From: Squalus acanthias
Lineage: Eukaryota
DNA length: 64,000 nt
Direction of reading: 5' to 3'
NCBI GenBank assembly: GCA_030390025.1
Contig: CM059432.1
Coordinates: 8,308,001 to 8,372,000, forward strand
Part shown: positions 24,272-36,400 of the stretch, piece by piece
Numbering within the stretch: the first letter of the stretch is position 1
Layout: every line of letters begins with the position of its first letter
Program-made: the position numbers and the translations under genes
The notes under the pieces: generated by a model
What the model was told of the DNA's origin: nothing
Seen by the model: the letters and a program-made list of their open reading frames with translations, nothing else
The model's database searches: none

Positions 24272-24287
24272 CCAGTAGATGGCGCTA
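24272..24287 (+). promoter_or_regulatory. CTCF-like motif in the Harbinger subterminal hairpin
   Basis: CCAGTAGATGGCGCTA fits CCASYAGRKGGCRS at every position. Confidence 0.4.
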
Positions 24288-24732
24288 ATGGGGTGCTAGA
24301 GCAGTATCGCCGGGGCGAGGCCAATCCAGCACCGCACGCCAAATCCGGCCCAACTCCCCATAGTGCCGTCGGTAAGAGGTACCACCAGGAATGTCAATGC
24401 CAGGTAGATTGCGAGAGTGCGCAATGCTCACTGACCACCCGATTTGCAAAATTGATTCTCGCCACTTACCTCACCGCCTGGAGTAAACACCAACAGGGAG
24501 AGCTGGCGTGCAGCACCAGGAAGCCGGCTCCAGGGATGTTCTTTAAAGGGATCATCAGTAATCACTTGCAGCTGTCAGGTTAGTGCAGTTTCAGTGTTTT
24601 TTTGTTAGTTTCACCCACTGCAACAGTTTCATTCAGTAATCTCAAGGTTCTTTCGTGTCACTAGTCTTCTGGCAATAAAAAGTAGCTATATTTATTCTTC
24701 AAAGATTCAAACTGCTGCACTTGGTAACATTA

Positions 24733-25003
24733 ATGGGGGCTGTACTGACATGCCACCTCACCCTCCAGGATCTATGGCAGAGGGAGCATCGGCAGCGAGA
24801 AATACGGGAACGTGCACAGAGTGTTGAGGAGGGACATCAGGGTTCTCACCAGGAGGCCTTACCCTCCGAGGGTATTCCGAGAGCTCTTCTCCTACCTTCA
24901 GTGAAGCAAGGAGCAGTGTGTTAGATGCTCCGCTTCACCAACGAGGCAGTCACAGAACTCTGCCACCTCCTGCAAACAGACCTCCAGCCTCACACCAGGA
25001 TGA
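24733..25003 (+). pseudogene. Harbinger (HARBI1-like) transposase N-terminal stub
   Basis: With frameshifts and a stop: RRPYPPRVFRELFSYLQ*SKEQCVR/LRFTNEAVTELCHLLQTDLQPHTR; the DDE core is absent. Confidence 0.8.
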
Positions 25004-25186
25004 CTTAAACCCCAGCTCCCCTTTGCTCATCACATGCCCATCATTCCATCCCTCTCGCAGGCCGTATCACAGCTCAAAGCTGAAATGAGAGACACCAAAA
25101 AAGAATAGTAAGTGAAGTAATAAATTTACCAAAAAGTAGTGGACACATACTTACACCAAGAATATTTACTTTTCACCCTCGTGCAA

Positions 25187-27022
25187 TCATTTAGTGCCTA
25201 TCGTTACTGTGCCCTTTCCTGCTCTAGTGCTCCTACGAAGTGTTGGCCCAGTGGCTGCAGCACGGCTGGTAGATGTCTGCTGAGTGTCCGTGTGGGAGAC
25301 TTCAGATGGCCTTGCAGGACGTCCTCGACCAGCTCTGGACCTGGAAGGCCCGCCTGTAGACTGCACCACCTCAGGCTGGGCGATAGCAGTCTGGGCTGGC
25401 TGGGTGACAGGCAGCGACAAGGGCAATGGCGGAGTGACAGTGGTGGGAGCAGGAATGCTGTCATCCTGAGAGAGGACAGCAGGTTCCTGCTCCACTGACC
25501 CACTGCCACTCCCCCGGGGCAGCACCTCAGCATCCCTAGCAATCTGTTGGAGCACAGATTGCTGGCCTGCTGTGACACCATGACAGCCCTGGTCAACGGT
25601 GGTAGACCCAGCCACGATGGCAGCAGTCAGAGCTTGCATGACACCAAGCATAGATTGCATTACAGCACTAAGACATTGCGTGGCTTCCACCTGTGCTGCA
25701 ATGGAAGCTGCCAGATCGCCCATCACAGGTGGTATCAGGTCTGGGTCGCCACGGTCTCTCTGGGAGTCCACCATCCTTTGCAGACTGGAAATGATGGGCT
25801 CCATGGTGTGCGTAGAGCCTTGTGCTATGTTGGAGGCAGTCTCCTGCATGGTCTTATCATTGCCGAGAGGCTCTCGGGCACCCTTGCCATTGCACCTATC
25901 ATCTCGGTGTGCATGGCCATCACCCTTCTTCCAAAGACCTCCCCATCGAGGTCCTCATCTGAGTCCTGTGCAGCAGAACTCGTGTGCGAACTCGCCTTCT
26001 GGGGAGCTGGCCCCCGAGCTACCCTCTCCCCCTGGCCTTGCTGCAGCCTGCTCATTCCGGTGCCTCACCCTGTGCAGATCTCATGACTATACTAGCCTCT
26101 AAAGAATGCATAGTGCCAGTATCTGAGGTGGTGTCTGCGGGTGAGATATGCAGTGACGCGGTGTGTTCTTCCTCCTCCTCTTCGCCCACCTTGCTCTCTA
26201 CGGTGCCCTCAGGGACAGGCTGCTCAGGTGCTTGCTGATTATCTGAAAGCATAAAGGCACAAGAATTGGGTTAAGGTGAGGGGAGGGGGGCAGGAAGGGA
26301 GAGATGCATGATTAGCTGGAAAGTGCGAAACGCTTGTTGGGTGAGGGGGAAGTGGGATGTGAGAAGAAGGAGTAGGGATGAACATACCGTTGTTGTCCGC
26401 GAGGGGGGGTCAACGTCACTCATGGCCACGGCGCCCACCACCTGGCACCCAATGATTTGCAGCACTCTTTCCTCCAGCGCAGACAGTGGTTGGGTGTCAG
26501 CTTGTCCCCCGCCTGTGCGCTCCTGCTCCCTCCTGTTGTGCGTCACCTTGGCCTGCAAGAGAAAGGAAAGTGTGTGAGTGAGTGTGGAGCAATGTGTTTG
26601 GGTGATGTGCCTGCCATAGTTGAATAGCTGTCATTGTGTGCAAGGCATGAGATGTGGGTGTGAGTGTTGGTAGGTAGAGATTGTTGATGGGTGAGTGCTG
26701 GGGGTGTGGTCCTTTGGGCAGTGTGTGAAGATTGTGGTACAGATGGTGGTATGTAGCATTTGTTGACACATTCACTCACCCTGACCACCTGAGTGAGGTC
26801 GTTAAATTTCTTCCTGCACTATGCGTGAGTCCTGGGGACCAGAGTGATGCCCAAGATGTGCTACACTACCTTCCTCCACATGGTGTGGAAGACTTGTGGT
26901 GAGGGCATCCTGCCACTTGCCGGGTAAAGCACCGCCCTCCGTCTCTCCACAGTGAAAACTAATGCCTCCAATGCTTCATTGGAGAATCTGTGGGCTCTCT
27001 CCCTGGGGCGTGGACCTGCCAT
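25187..27022 (-). pseudogene. Harbinger Myb/SANT-like DNA-binding protein gene, 3 exons, inactivated
   Basis: Exon 1 27022-26780 MAGPRPRERAHRFSNEALEALV...W..RTHA*CRKKFNDL (donor gtgagt); exon 2 26552-26388 AKVTHNRREQERTGGG; exon 3 26242-25187; two in-frame TAGs in exon 1 and frameshifts later. Confidence 0.85.
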
Positions 27023-27271
27023 GAGCACACCTGGTTCAGTCCTCCAGCACCTTCTCCTTGTTTTGCTTTTGCTTCTGCTTGCTGAGGCAGCTGCACAGCC
27101 AGCAATGCTGAGAATGAAGTGTTGCAGCATCAATGAACCTCCCCTTTAAGTACTGAAAAAAACCTGTGGCAATGATGAATTGCAATTAGACTGCACCCGA
27201 TATTGGTCCACCCTTTAAGTGTAACGCCAATGAACTTCGGTTTTAAGACTTGATTTAGACTCCAATCATTT

Positions 27272-27365
27272 TACAACAGCAACATGTATTTATATAACGC
27301 CTTTAACGTAGTAAAACGTCCCAAGGCGCGTCACAGGAGTATTATAAGACAAAAAATTGACACTT
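27272..27365 (-). mobile_element. L2 3' tail fragment nested in Harbinger
   Basis: tatttatataacgcctttaacgtagtaaaacgtcccaaggcg matches 2082-2160. Confidence 0.7.
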
Positions 27366-27475
27366 TATTGTACAGTGAGCACAAATTTTTTGTGCAAGCT
27401 AAAGCATTTTGCGCCTGGCGCTAATTCTCCAACTTTTCTACTGACACCGCCTATTCCTTGGCTATAATGAATTTC

Positions 27476-28321
27476 TAGCTAATTTCATATCCATGCTGCC
27501 ACTGTTCCTTTTCTTCCATGGACTTCAACTTTGCTGGCAAGCCTATTATGTGGTACTTTATCAAACGCCTTTTGGAAGTCCATATACACCATGTCAACTA
27601 AATTTCCCTCATTAACCCTCTCTGTTATCTCATCAAAAAACTCAATCAAGTTAGTTAAACACGATTTACCTTTAACAAATCCATGCTGGCTTTCCTTAAT
27701 TAATCTACACTTGTCCAAGTGATTGTTAATTTGGTCCCTGATTATCATTTCTAAAAGCTTCCTCACTACCGACGTTAAACTGACTGGCCTGTAGTTGCTG
27801 GGTGTATCCTTACACCCTCTTTTGAACAAAGGTGTAACATTTGCAATTCTCCAGTCCTTTGGCACCACTCCTGTATCTAAGGAGGATTGGAAGATTATGG
27901 CCAGTACCTCTGTGATTTCCACCTTAACTTCCCTCAGCATCCTAGGATGCATCCCATCTGTTCCTGGTGACTTATCTACTTTAAATACAGCCAGCCTTTC
28001 TAATATCTCCTCTTTATCAATTTTTATCCCATCCAGTATCTCCACTACCTCCTCTTTCACTATGTCTATGGCAGCATCCTCTTCCTTGGTGAAGACAGAT
28101 GCAAAGTACTCATTTAGTGCCTCAGCCATGTCCTCTGCCTCCATGCGTAGGTCTCCTTTTTGGTCCCTAATCAGCCCCACCCCTCCTCTTACTACCTGAT
28201 TACTATTTATATGCCTATAGATGACTTTTGAATATTAGCTGCCAGTCTATTCTCATAATCTCTCTTTGCCCCTCTTATTTTCTTTTTCACTTCCCCTCTG
28301 AACTTGCTATATTCAGCCTGA
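27476..28321 (-). mobile_element. CR1 RT 5' half (same copy as 23175-24233)
   Basis: ORF 27485..28180 DKSPGTDGMHPR...NYRPVSLTS...QHGFVKGKSCLTNL...DFQKAFDKVPH...AAWI. Confidence 0.92.
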
Positions 28322-28675
28322 TAGGGTAAATACTGAGAGGCTGTTTCCCCTGGCTGGAGTGTCTAGAACTAGGGGGCATAGTCTCAGGATAAGGGGTCAG
28401 CCATTTAAGACTGAGATGAGGAGGAATTTCTTCACTCAGAGGGTTGTGAATCTTTGGAATTCTCTGCCCCAGAGGGCTGTGGATGCTGAGTCATTGAGTA
28501 TATTCAAGGCTGAGACAGATAGATTTCTGGACACTAGGGGAATCAAGAGATGTGGAGATCGGGCAGGAAAGTGGAGTTGAGGTCGATGATCAGCCACGAT
28601 CTTATTGAATGGCGGAGCAGGCTCAAGGGACCGTATGGCCTACTCCTGCTACTCATTCTTATGTTCATATGTTCT
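28320..28675 (+). mobile_element. CR1 3' fragment
   Basis: ORF 28359..28580 and tcttatgtt tail. Confidence 0.9.
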
Positions 28676-28677
28676 TA

Positions 28678-29175
28678 GAAAGAAAAGAACTTGCATTTCT
28701 ATAGCGTCTTTCATGACATCAGAGCATCCCAAAGCGCTTTACAGCCAATGAGGTACTTTTGAAGTGAAGTCATTGTTGTAATGTAGGAAATTCAGCACCC
28801 AATTTGCGTACAGCAAGATCCCAGAAACAACAATGTAATAATGCTCAGATAGTCTGATATAGTGATGCAGGTTGAGGGATAAATATTGACCAGGAGACCG
28901 GGGATAACTCCCCTGCTCATCTTGGAAGTAGTGCCCTGGGATCTTTTACATCCACCTGAGAGAGCAGGCCGAATCTCAGTTGAATGCCACCTCTGAAAGA
29001 CGGCAGGTTTGACAGTGCAGCACTCCCTCAGTACTGCATTGGGAGTGTCAGCCTGGATTTCCGCCCCCACCCTCCCGCCCCCCCCCCCCGCCCAAGTCTC
29101 TGGAGTGGGGTCTATGAAATCACAACCTTCTGACCCAGAGGCGAGTGTGCTACCCACTGAGCCAGGGCTGACACA
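28678..29175 (-). mobile_element. Deu-type tRNA SINE, full length
   Basis: Collinear with the 4995-5475 copy. Confidence 0.85.
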
Positions 29176-29754
29176 GTGACAGCAGCTCTCTTCAGTCTAC
29201 AGCTCCAGCCCACTGCATCAAGAAACCTATTGTAAAAATTGGACTGCGCGCTCCATGTGTGTTATATATCGTTTGAGCGCTGGTGAGGATAAAAGTGTAA
29301 GTTATTGTCCCCAGGGTTTATGAGAGCCTTGAATTATGCTCCCTAATGCCTATAACTAATTGTCCAGTTGGGACTGTTCTTGTAAACCTGTAATAAATAT
29401 TAGTCTTGTGCTATAAAATTGTCAACAATATTTATTACCCTGGCCTACCTACCTCTTTGGTAATTACAAAGATTTACTGTTGTTCGGGGAGATGATTGCC
29501 CGCCTTCCTGTGACCGCCGTGGATTATAATCTTGAACAGCTCCTTCTCTTAATTTCTATTGCTCCTAGATGCTGCTCACGGAAGACCACTCCGGTCCTAA
29601 GGCAAGTTAGCAAGCGGCAGACATTGTTCTGCATCCTATTGCTGAATTTATCACCGTCCCCTTTGAAGAAGCCTGCCGTTCAAGGTATCACATGTAGAAA
29701 AAAAATACCGACGGCAATAATACTAAAAGCCCCACGTTTTACTTGTGACTCCTA

Positions 29755-30243
29755 ACAGCAGCAACTCGCACTTACATAGCACCTGCATCGTAGTAAAACG
29801 GCCCAAAGCTCATCGCAGGAGCGTCATCAAATATAATTTGACGCCGAGCCATGTAAAGAGATATCAGGACAGGTGATCAATAGCTTGGTCAATGTGGTCG
29901 GTTTTGTTTGAAATAAAGAAAGAAAGACTCGCATTTCTACAGCACCTTTCACAACCTCAGGACGTCCCAAAGCGCTTCACAGCCAATGGAGTGCATTTAA
30001 AGTGTAGTCACTGTTGTAATGTAGGAAACGCGGCAGCCAATCTGCGCACAGCAAGCTCCCACAAACAGCAATGTGATAATGACCAGGTCATCTGTTTTTA
30101 GTGGCGTTGGTTGAAGGATAAATTTTGGCCAGGACTCCGGGAAGAACTCCCCCTGCTCTTCTTAGAAATTGTGCCATGGGATCTTTTAAGTCCATCTAAG
30201 AGGGCAGACAGAGCCTTGGTTTAACCTCTCATCTGAAAGACAG
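29755..30243 (-). mobile_element. L2 3' tail (29755-29890) and Deu-type SINE (29915-30243)
   Basis: Similarity to the 2075-2210 and 47771-48080 copies. Confidence 0.8.
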
Positions 30244-30264
30244 TTAAAGGAATGATTATGGTTC

Positions 30265-32252
30265 TCTGAGGGCTTTAAACTAAATAGTGGGGGGGAGGGT
30301 TCAGGTGAGCGGGAATTAAAAAAGTCAGTGAGAAATGAGAAAGCAATACAGCAGGATAGAGATGGGGGAAATAATAACCAGAGTGTGACAGGAAGGGACA
30401 GAATGTTTAAAAAGCTTCTACAGGTATATAAAAAGGAAGAGAGTAGCTAAAGTAAACATTAGTCCCTTAGAGGATGAGACTGGGGAATTAATAATGGGGA
30501 ACGGGGAAATGGCAGAGACTCTGAACAAATATTTTGTATCTGTCTTCACTGTAGAAGACACTTACAACATCCCAATAATGGATAATCAAGGGGCCACAGG
30601 GAGGGGGGAACTAAAGACAGTCACTATCACTAAGGAAATAGTACTTGGTAAAATAATGGGACTAAAAGACGACAAGTCCCCTGGATCAGATGGCCTGCAT
30701 CCCAGGGTCTTAAAAGAAGTGGCTGCAGAGATAGTGGATGCATTGCTTGCAATATACCAAAATTCCCTGGACTCTGGAGAGGTCCCAGTGGATTGGAAAA
30801 CTGCAAATGTAACACCCCTATTTAAGAAAGGAGGGAGACAGAAAGCAGGAAACTATTGACCAGTTAGCCTAACATCTGTCGTTGGGAAAATGCTGGAGTC
30901 CTTCATTAAAGAAGCAGTAGCAGGGCATTTGGAAAATCATAATGCAATCAGGCAGAGTCAGCATGGTTTTATGAAAGGGAAATCATGTTTAACAAATTTG
31001 CTGGAGTTCTTTGAGGATGTAACGAGCAGGGTGGATAAAGGTGAACCAGTAGATGTGGTGTATTTGGATTTCCAGAAGGCATTCGATAAGGTGCCACATA
31101 AAAGGTTAATGCTTAAGATAAGAGCTCACTGAATTGGGGGTAATATATTAGCATGGATAGAGAATTGGCTAACTAACAGAAAGCAGAGAGTCGGGATAAA
31201 TGGGTCATTTTCTGGTTGGCAAACAATAACTAGTGGGTGCCACAAGGATCGGTGCTGGGGCCCCAACTATTTACAATCTACATTAATGACTTGGATGAAG
31301 GGTCCGAGTGTAATGTAGCCAAGTTTGCGGATGATACAAAGATGGGTGGGAAAGCAAGTTGTGCAGAGGACTCAAAGAATCTGCAAAGGGATATAGACAG
31401 GCTAAGTGAGTGGGCAAACATTTGGCAGATGGAGTATAATGTGGGAAAGTGTGAGGTTATCCACTTTGGCAGGAAAAATAAAAAAGAAAATTATTAGTTA
31501 AATGGAGAGAGATTACAAAATGCTACAGTTCAGAGGGACCTGGGGCATTGTGCATGAAACACAAAAAGTTAGCATGCAGGTACAGCAAGTAATGAAAAAG
31601 GCAAATGGAATGTTGGCCTTTATTTCAAGGGGGTTGGAGTATAAAAGCAGGGAAGTCCTGCTACAACTGTACAGGGTATTGGTGAGACCACACCTTGAGT
31701 ACTGCATACAGTTTTAGTCTCCTTATTTAAGGAAGGATATAATTGCATTGGAGGCAGTTCAGAGACGATTCACTAGGTTAATTCCAGAGATGAGGGGGTT
31801 GACTTATTAGGAAAGGTTGAGCAGGCTGGGCCTATACTCATTGGAATTTAGAAGAATGAGAGGTGATCTTATTGAAACATATAAGATACTGAGGGGGCTT
31901 GACAAGGTAGATGCAGAGAGGATGTTTCCCCTCGTGGGGAAATCTAGGACTCAGGGGCATAGTTTCAGAATAAAGGGTCGCCCTTTTAGAACTGAGATGA
32001 GGTGGAATTTCTTCTCTCAGAGGGTCGTAAATCTGTGGAATTCTCTGCCCCAGAGAGCCGTGGAGGCTGGGTCATTAAATACATTTAAGGTGGAGATAGA
32101 CAGATTTTTGCAAGATAAGGGAGTGAAGGGTTATGAGGAGCGGGCGGGGAAGTGGCTTTGAGCTCAAGATCAGCCATGATCTTAATGAATGGCGGAGCAG
32201 GCTCGAGGGGCCAAGTGGCCTATTCCTGCTCCTATTTCTTATGTTCTTATGG
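30265..32252 (+). mobile_element. CR1 LINE, RT + 3' UTR, with ORF1-end/linker remnant and large internal deletion
   Basis: gagggctttaaactaa (ORF1-end-like) then a jump to post-APE sequence; ORFs 30494, 30890, 31237 and 31817 cover RT. Confidence 0.9.
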
Positions 32253-32721
32253 TTCCTGGACTGCTGGGACCTAGAATTTGTCATGGGAGGAGATTAAGTG
32301 GTCAAGAGTGAATGATACAGGCTGTAAGGTAGGGAGAAAATAAGAAAGACTTGCATTTATATAGCATTTTTCACAACCTCAGGACATCCCAAAGCGCTTT
32401 ACAGCCATGGAAGTACTTTTGAAGTGTAGTCGCTGCTGTAACGTAGAAATATTTTGGCTCTCCCAATGACCAATTGGGGAAAGACACCAGCTAATGTCGC
32501 ACAACAGCATAGAGACCAGAAGGTCTCACTTTCAACTCTCCGTCCACGCTGAGTAAGTTGATGTAAAAATGGACCAAAGTTCCTGCTCCTGGTTGCTACC
32601 CAGTGAGTCTTGCTAGATAGTGTGTGTATCAGATAGGGTCTTTTGCATCTGCTCAGCAAATTCATGGCAGCAAAGTTTTTTAATTGAAGTTAAAAAAAAA
32701 ACAGAAAACGCACAGCAGGTC

Positions 32722-33030
32722 CGCCCAAACCCGCGACCTCTTCCAACGGGAAGGACAAGGGCAGCAGGCGCATGGGAACACCACCACCTGCAAGTTCCCC
32801 TCCAAGTCACACACCATCCTGACTTAGAAATATATCGCCGATCTTTCATCGTCACTGGGTCAAAATCCTGGAACTCCCTCCCTAACAGCACTGTGGGAGC
32901 ACTCTCACCACACGGACTGCAGCGGTTGAAGAAGGCAGCTCACCACCACCTTCTCGAGGGCAATTAGGGATGGGCAATAAATGCTGGCCTTGCCAGCGAT
33001 GCCCACATCCCAGGAATTAATTTAAAAAAA
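32722..33030 (+). mobile_element. LINE family B 3' end
   Basis: PNPRPLPTGRTRAAGAWEHHHLQVP... and family B tail. Confidence 0.88.
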
Positions 33031-33390
33031 AGGTGAATCAACATCGGAAAAAGAGACTCAGAGAGAAAGGTAACTCATTGTTTCAGGCGTAATTCTTTAT
33101 CGGTGAGATTTAGTTGCTTTCCTTCGTTCGTTTGTTAAATCACAGGTTGCAGTAGCTCGTTATAATGTAGTACCTACACGGAATTTAAAATGTGCACCAA
33201 GTTGCTCCACCTCTCCATGTTTTGTGCATCAAGATCAAATATCCACGCTCTCTTTGGACAATGCTCGGAATGTATCTCCTGAGGCAATGACGTGATTGGC
33301 TGCGGCTGTGGAGATTGCTACTGGAAATGACAAGTGAACAAATATCTGGAGACTGAGTGATGGGGGCGGTGGTGTTGAAACAACCCATCG

Positions 33391-33450
33391 TAGAATTACA
33401 TCGAATGTACAGCGCAGAAACAGGCCATTGGGCACAGCTGGTCCATGCGT
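33391..33450 (-). mobile_element. CR1 3' terminus abutting the minisatellite
   Basis: agaattacatcgaatgtacagcgcagaaacaggccatt is the reverse complement of the tails at 7170-7210 and 48425-48462. Confidence 0.75.
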
Positions 33451-36400
33451 CACACTAGACTCCTCCCACCCCACACGAGGCCCCTCCTACCCCACACCAT
33501 ACTCCTCCCACCCCACACCATACTCCTCCCACTCCACACCATACTCCTCCCACCCCACAGCATACTCCCCCCACTCCACACCATACTCCTCCCACCCCAC
33601 AGTATACTCCTCCCACTCCACACCATACTCCTCCCACCCCACAGCATACTCCTCCCACTCCACACCATACTCCTCCCACCCCACACGAGGCTCCTCCCAC
33701 CCCACCACACGAGACTCCTCCCACTCCCACACGAGGCTCCTCCTACTCCCCCACACGAGACTCCTCCCACACACCCACACGAGACTCCTCCCACTCCCAC
33801 ACGAGACTCCTCCCACTCCCACACGAGACTCCTCCCACTCCCACACGAGCCTCCTCCCACTCCCACACGAGACTCCTCCCACTCCCACACGAGCCTCCTC
33901 CCACTCCCACACGAGACTCCTCCCACACCCACACGAGACTCCTCCCACTCCCCCACACGAGGCTCCTCCCACTCCCACACGAGCCTCCTCCCACTCCCAC
34001 ACGAGACTCCTCCCACCCCCCCACACGAGGCTCCTCCCACTCCCCCACACGAGACTCCTCCCACTCCCCCACACGAGGCTCCTCCCACTCCCCACCACGA
34101 GACTCCTCCCACTCCCCTACACGAGACTCCTCCCACTCCCACACGAGACTCCTCCCACTCCCCCACACGAGACTCCTCCCACTCCCCCACACGAAACTCC
34201 TCCCACTCCCCCACACGAGGCTCCTCCCACTCCCCCACACGAGACTCCTCCCACTCCCACACGAGACTCCTCCCACTCCCACACACGAGACTCCTCCCAC
34301 TCCCACACGAGACTCCACCCACTCCCACACGAGCCTCCTCCCACTCCCACACAAGACTCCTCCCACTCCCACACGAGACTCCTCCCACCCCCCCACACGA
34401 GACTCCTCCCACTCCGACATGCGACTCCTCCCACTCCCACACAAGACTCCTCCCACTCCCACACAAGACACCTCCCACTCCCACATGAGACTCCTCCCAC
34501 CCCCCGCACACGAGCCTCCTCCCACTCCCACACGAGACTCCTCCCACTCCCACACGAGCCTCCTCCCACTCCCACACGAGACTCCTCCCACTCCCACACA
34601 CGAGGCTCCTCCCACTCCCCCACACGAGGCTCCTCCCAACCCCACACACGAGGCCCCACCCACTCCCACACGAGACTCCTCCCACTCCCAAACGAGACTC
34701 CTCCCACCCCCCACACGAGACTCCTCCCACCCCCCCACACGAGCCTCCACCCACTCCAACACACGAGGCTCCTCCCACTCCCACACGAGACTCCACCCAC
34801 TCCCCCACACGAGACTCCTCCCACCCCCACACACGAGGCTCGTCCCACTCCCACACGAGGCTCCTCCCACTCCCACACGAGGCTCCACCCCCCCCACGTG
34901 AGACTCCTCCCACCCCCCCACACGAGACTCCTCCCAGTCCCACACGAGGCTCCTCCCACTCCCCCACACGAGACTCCTCCCACACGAGGCTCCTCCCACT
35001 CCCACACAAGACTCCTCCCACCCCCCCCACACGAGACTCCTCCCACTCCCCCACACGAGGCTCCACCCCCCCACACGAGACTCCTCCCACTCCCACATGA
35101 GACTCCTCCCACTCCCCCACACGAGACTCCTCCCGCTCCCACACACGAGGCTCCTCCCACTCCCCCACATGAGGCTCCTCCCACTCCACCACACGAGGCT
35201 CCTCCCACCCCCCCACACGAGGCTCCTCCCACTCCCACACGAGACTCCTCCCACTCCCACACGAGACTCCTCCCACACCCCCACACGAGACTCCTCCCAC
35301 CCCCCAACACGAGGCTCCTCCCACTCCCACACGAGACTCCTCCCACTCCCCCACATGAGGCTCCTCCCACTCCCCCACACAAGGCTCCTCCCACTCCCCC
35401 ACACGAGACTCCTCCCACCCCCCCACACGAGGCTCCTCCCATTCCCACATGAGACTCCTCCCACTCCCACACGAGACTCCTCCCAACCCCCCACATGAGA
35501 CTCCTCCCACCCCCCCACACGAGACTCCTCCCACCTCCCCACACGAGACCCCTCCCACCCCCCCACACGAGGCTCCTCCCACTCCCCCACATAGACTCCT
35601 CCCACCCCCCCACACGAGGCTCCTCCCACTCCCACACGAGGTTCCTCCCACTCCCACACGAGACTCCTCCCACTCCCACACGCGACTCCTCCCACTTCCC
35701 CACACGAGACTCCTCCCACTCCCCCACAGGAGGCTCCTCCCACTCCCAAACGAGACTCCTCCCACTCCCACTCGAGACTCCTCCCACCCCCCACACGAGA
35801 CTCCTCCCACCCCCCCACACGAGGCTCCTCCCACTCCCACACGAGACTCCTCCCACTCCCACATGAGACTCCTCCCACTCCCATACGAGACCCCTCCCAC
35901 TCCCACACGAGACCCCTCCCACTCCCACACGAGACTCCTCCCACTCCCACACGAGACTCCTCCCACTCCCACACGAGACTCCTCCCACTCCCACACGAGA
36001 CTCCTCCCACTCCCACATGAGGCTCCACCCCCCACACGAGACTCCTCCCACCCCCCCACACGAGACTCCTCCCACTCCCACACGAGACTCCTCCCACCCC
36101 CCCACACGAGACTCATCCCACTCCCACATGAGACTCCTCCCACTCCCACACGAGACTCCTCCCACGCCCCCACACGAGACTCCTCCCCCCCACACGAGAC
36201 TCCTGCCCCCCACACGAGACTCATCCCACTCCCACATGAGACTCCTCCCACTCCCACACGAGCCTCCACCCACTCCCACACGAGACTCCTCCCCCCCACA
36301 CGAGCCTCCTCCCACTCCCACACGAGACTCCTCCCACTCCCCCACACGAGACTCCTCCCGCTCCCACACACGAGGCTCCTCCCACTCCCCCACATGAGGC

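Larger units (their letters stand above)
24234..27479. mobile_element. PIF/Harbinger DNA transposon, internally deleted, inserted in CR1
   Basis: Left end gggggaaaaat...cctcccattagc..ggcgctaatgggg resembles the MITE end at 62875; convergent transposase stub (+) and Myb/SANT gene (-); right end gaatttctagc merges into CR1. Confidence 0.85.

Noticed and set aside
25187..27022. Domesticated host gene (MSANTD/NAIF1-like, or HARBI1 for the stub)
   Set aside because: It lies within transposon ends inside a CR1 and carries stops and frameshifts, so it is a decayed TE gene.
29569..29601. Plus-strand micro-exon candidate (acceptor ...ctcctag, GC donor aag|gcaagt); a similar one lies at 40579-40617
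   Set aside because: Too short to assess, no recognisable peptide, and such site pairs arise often by chance.
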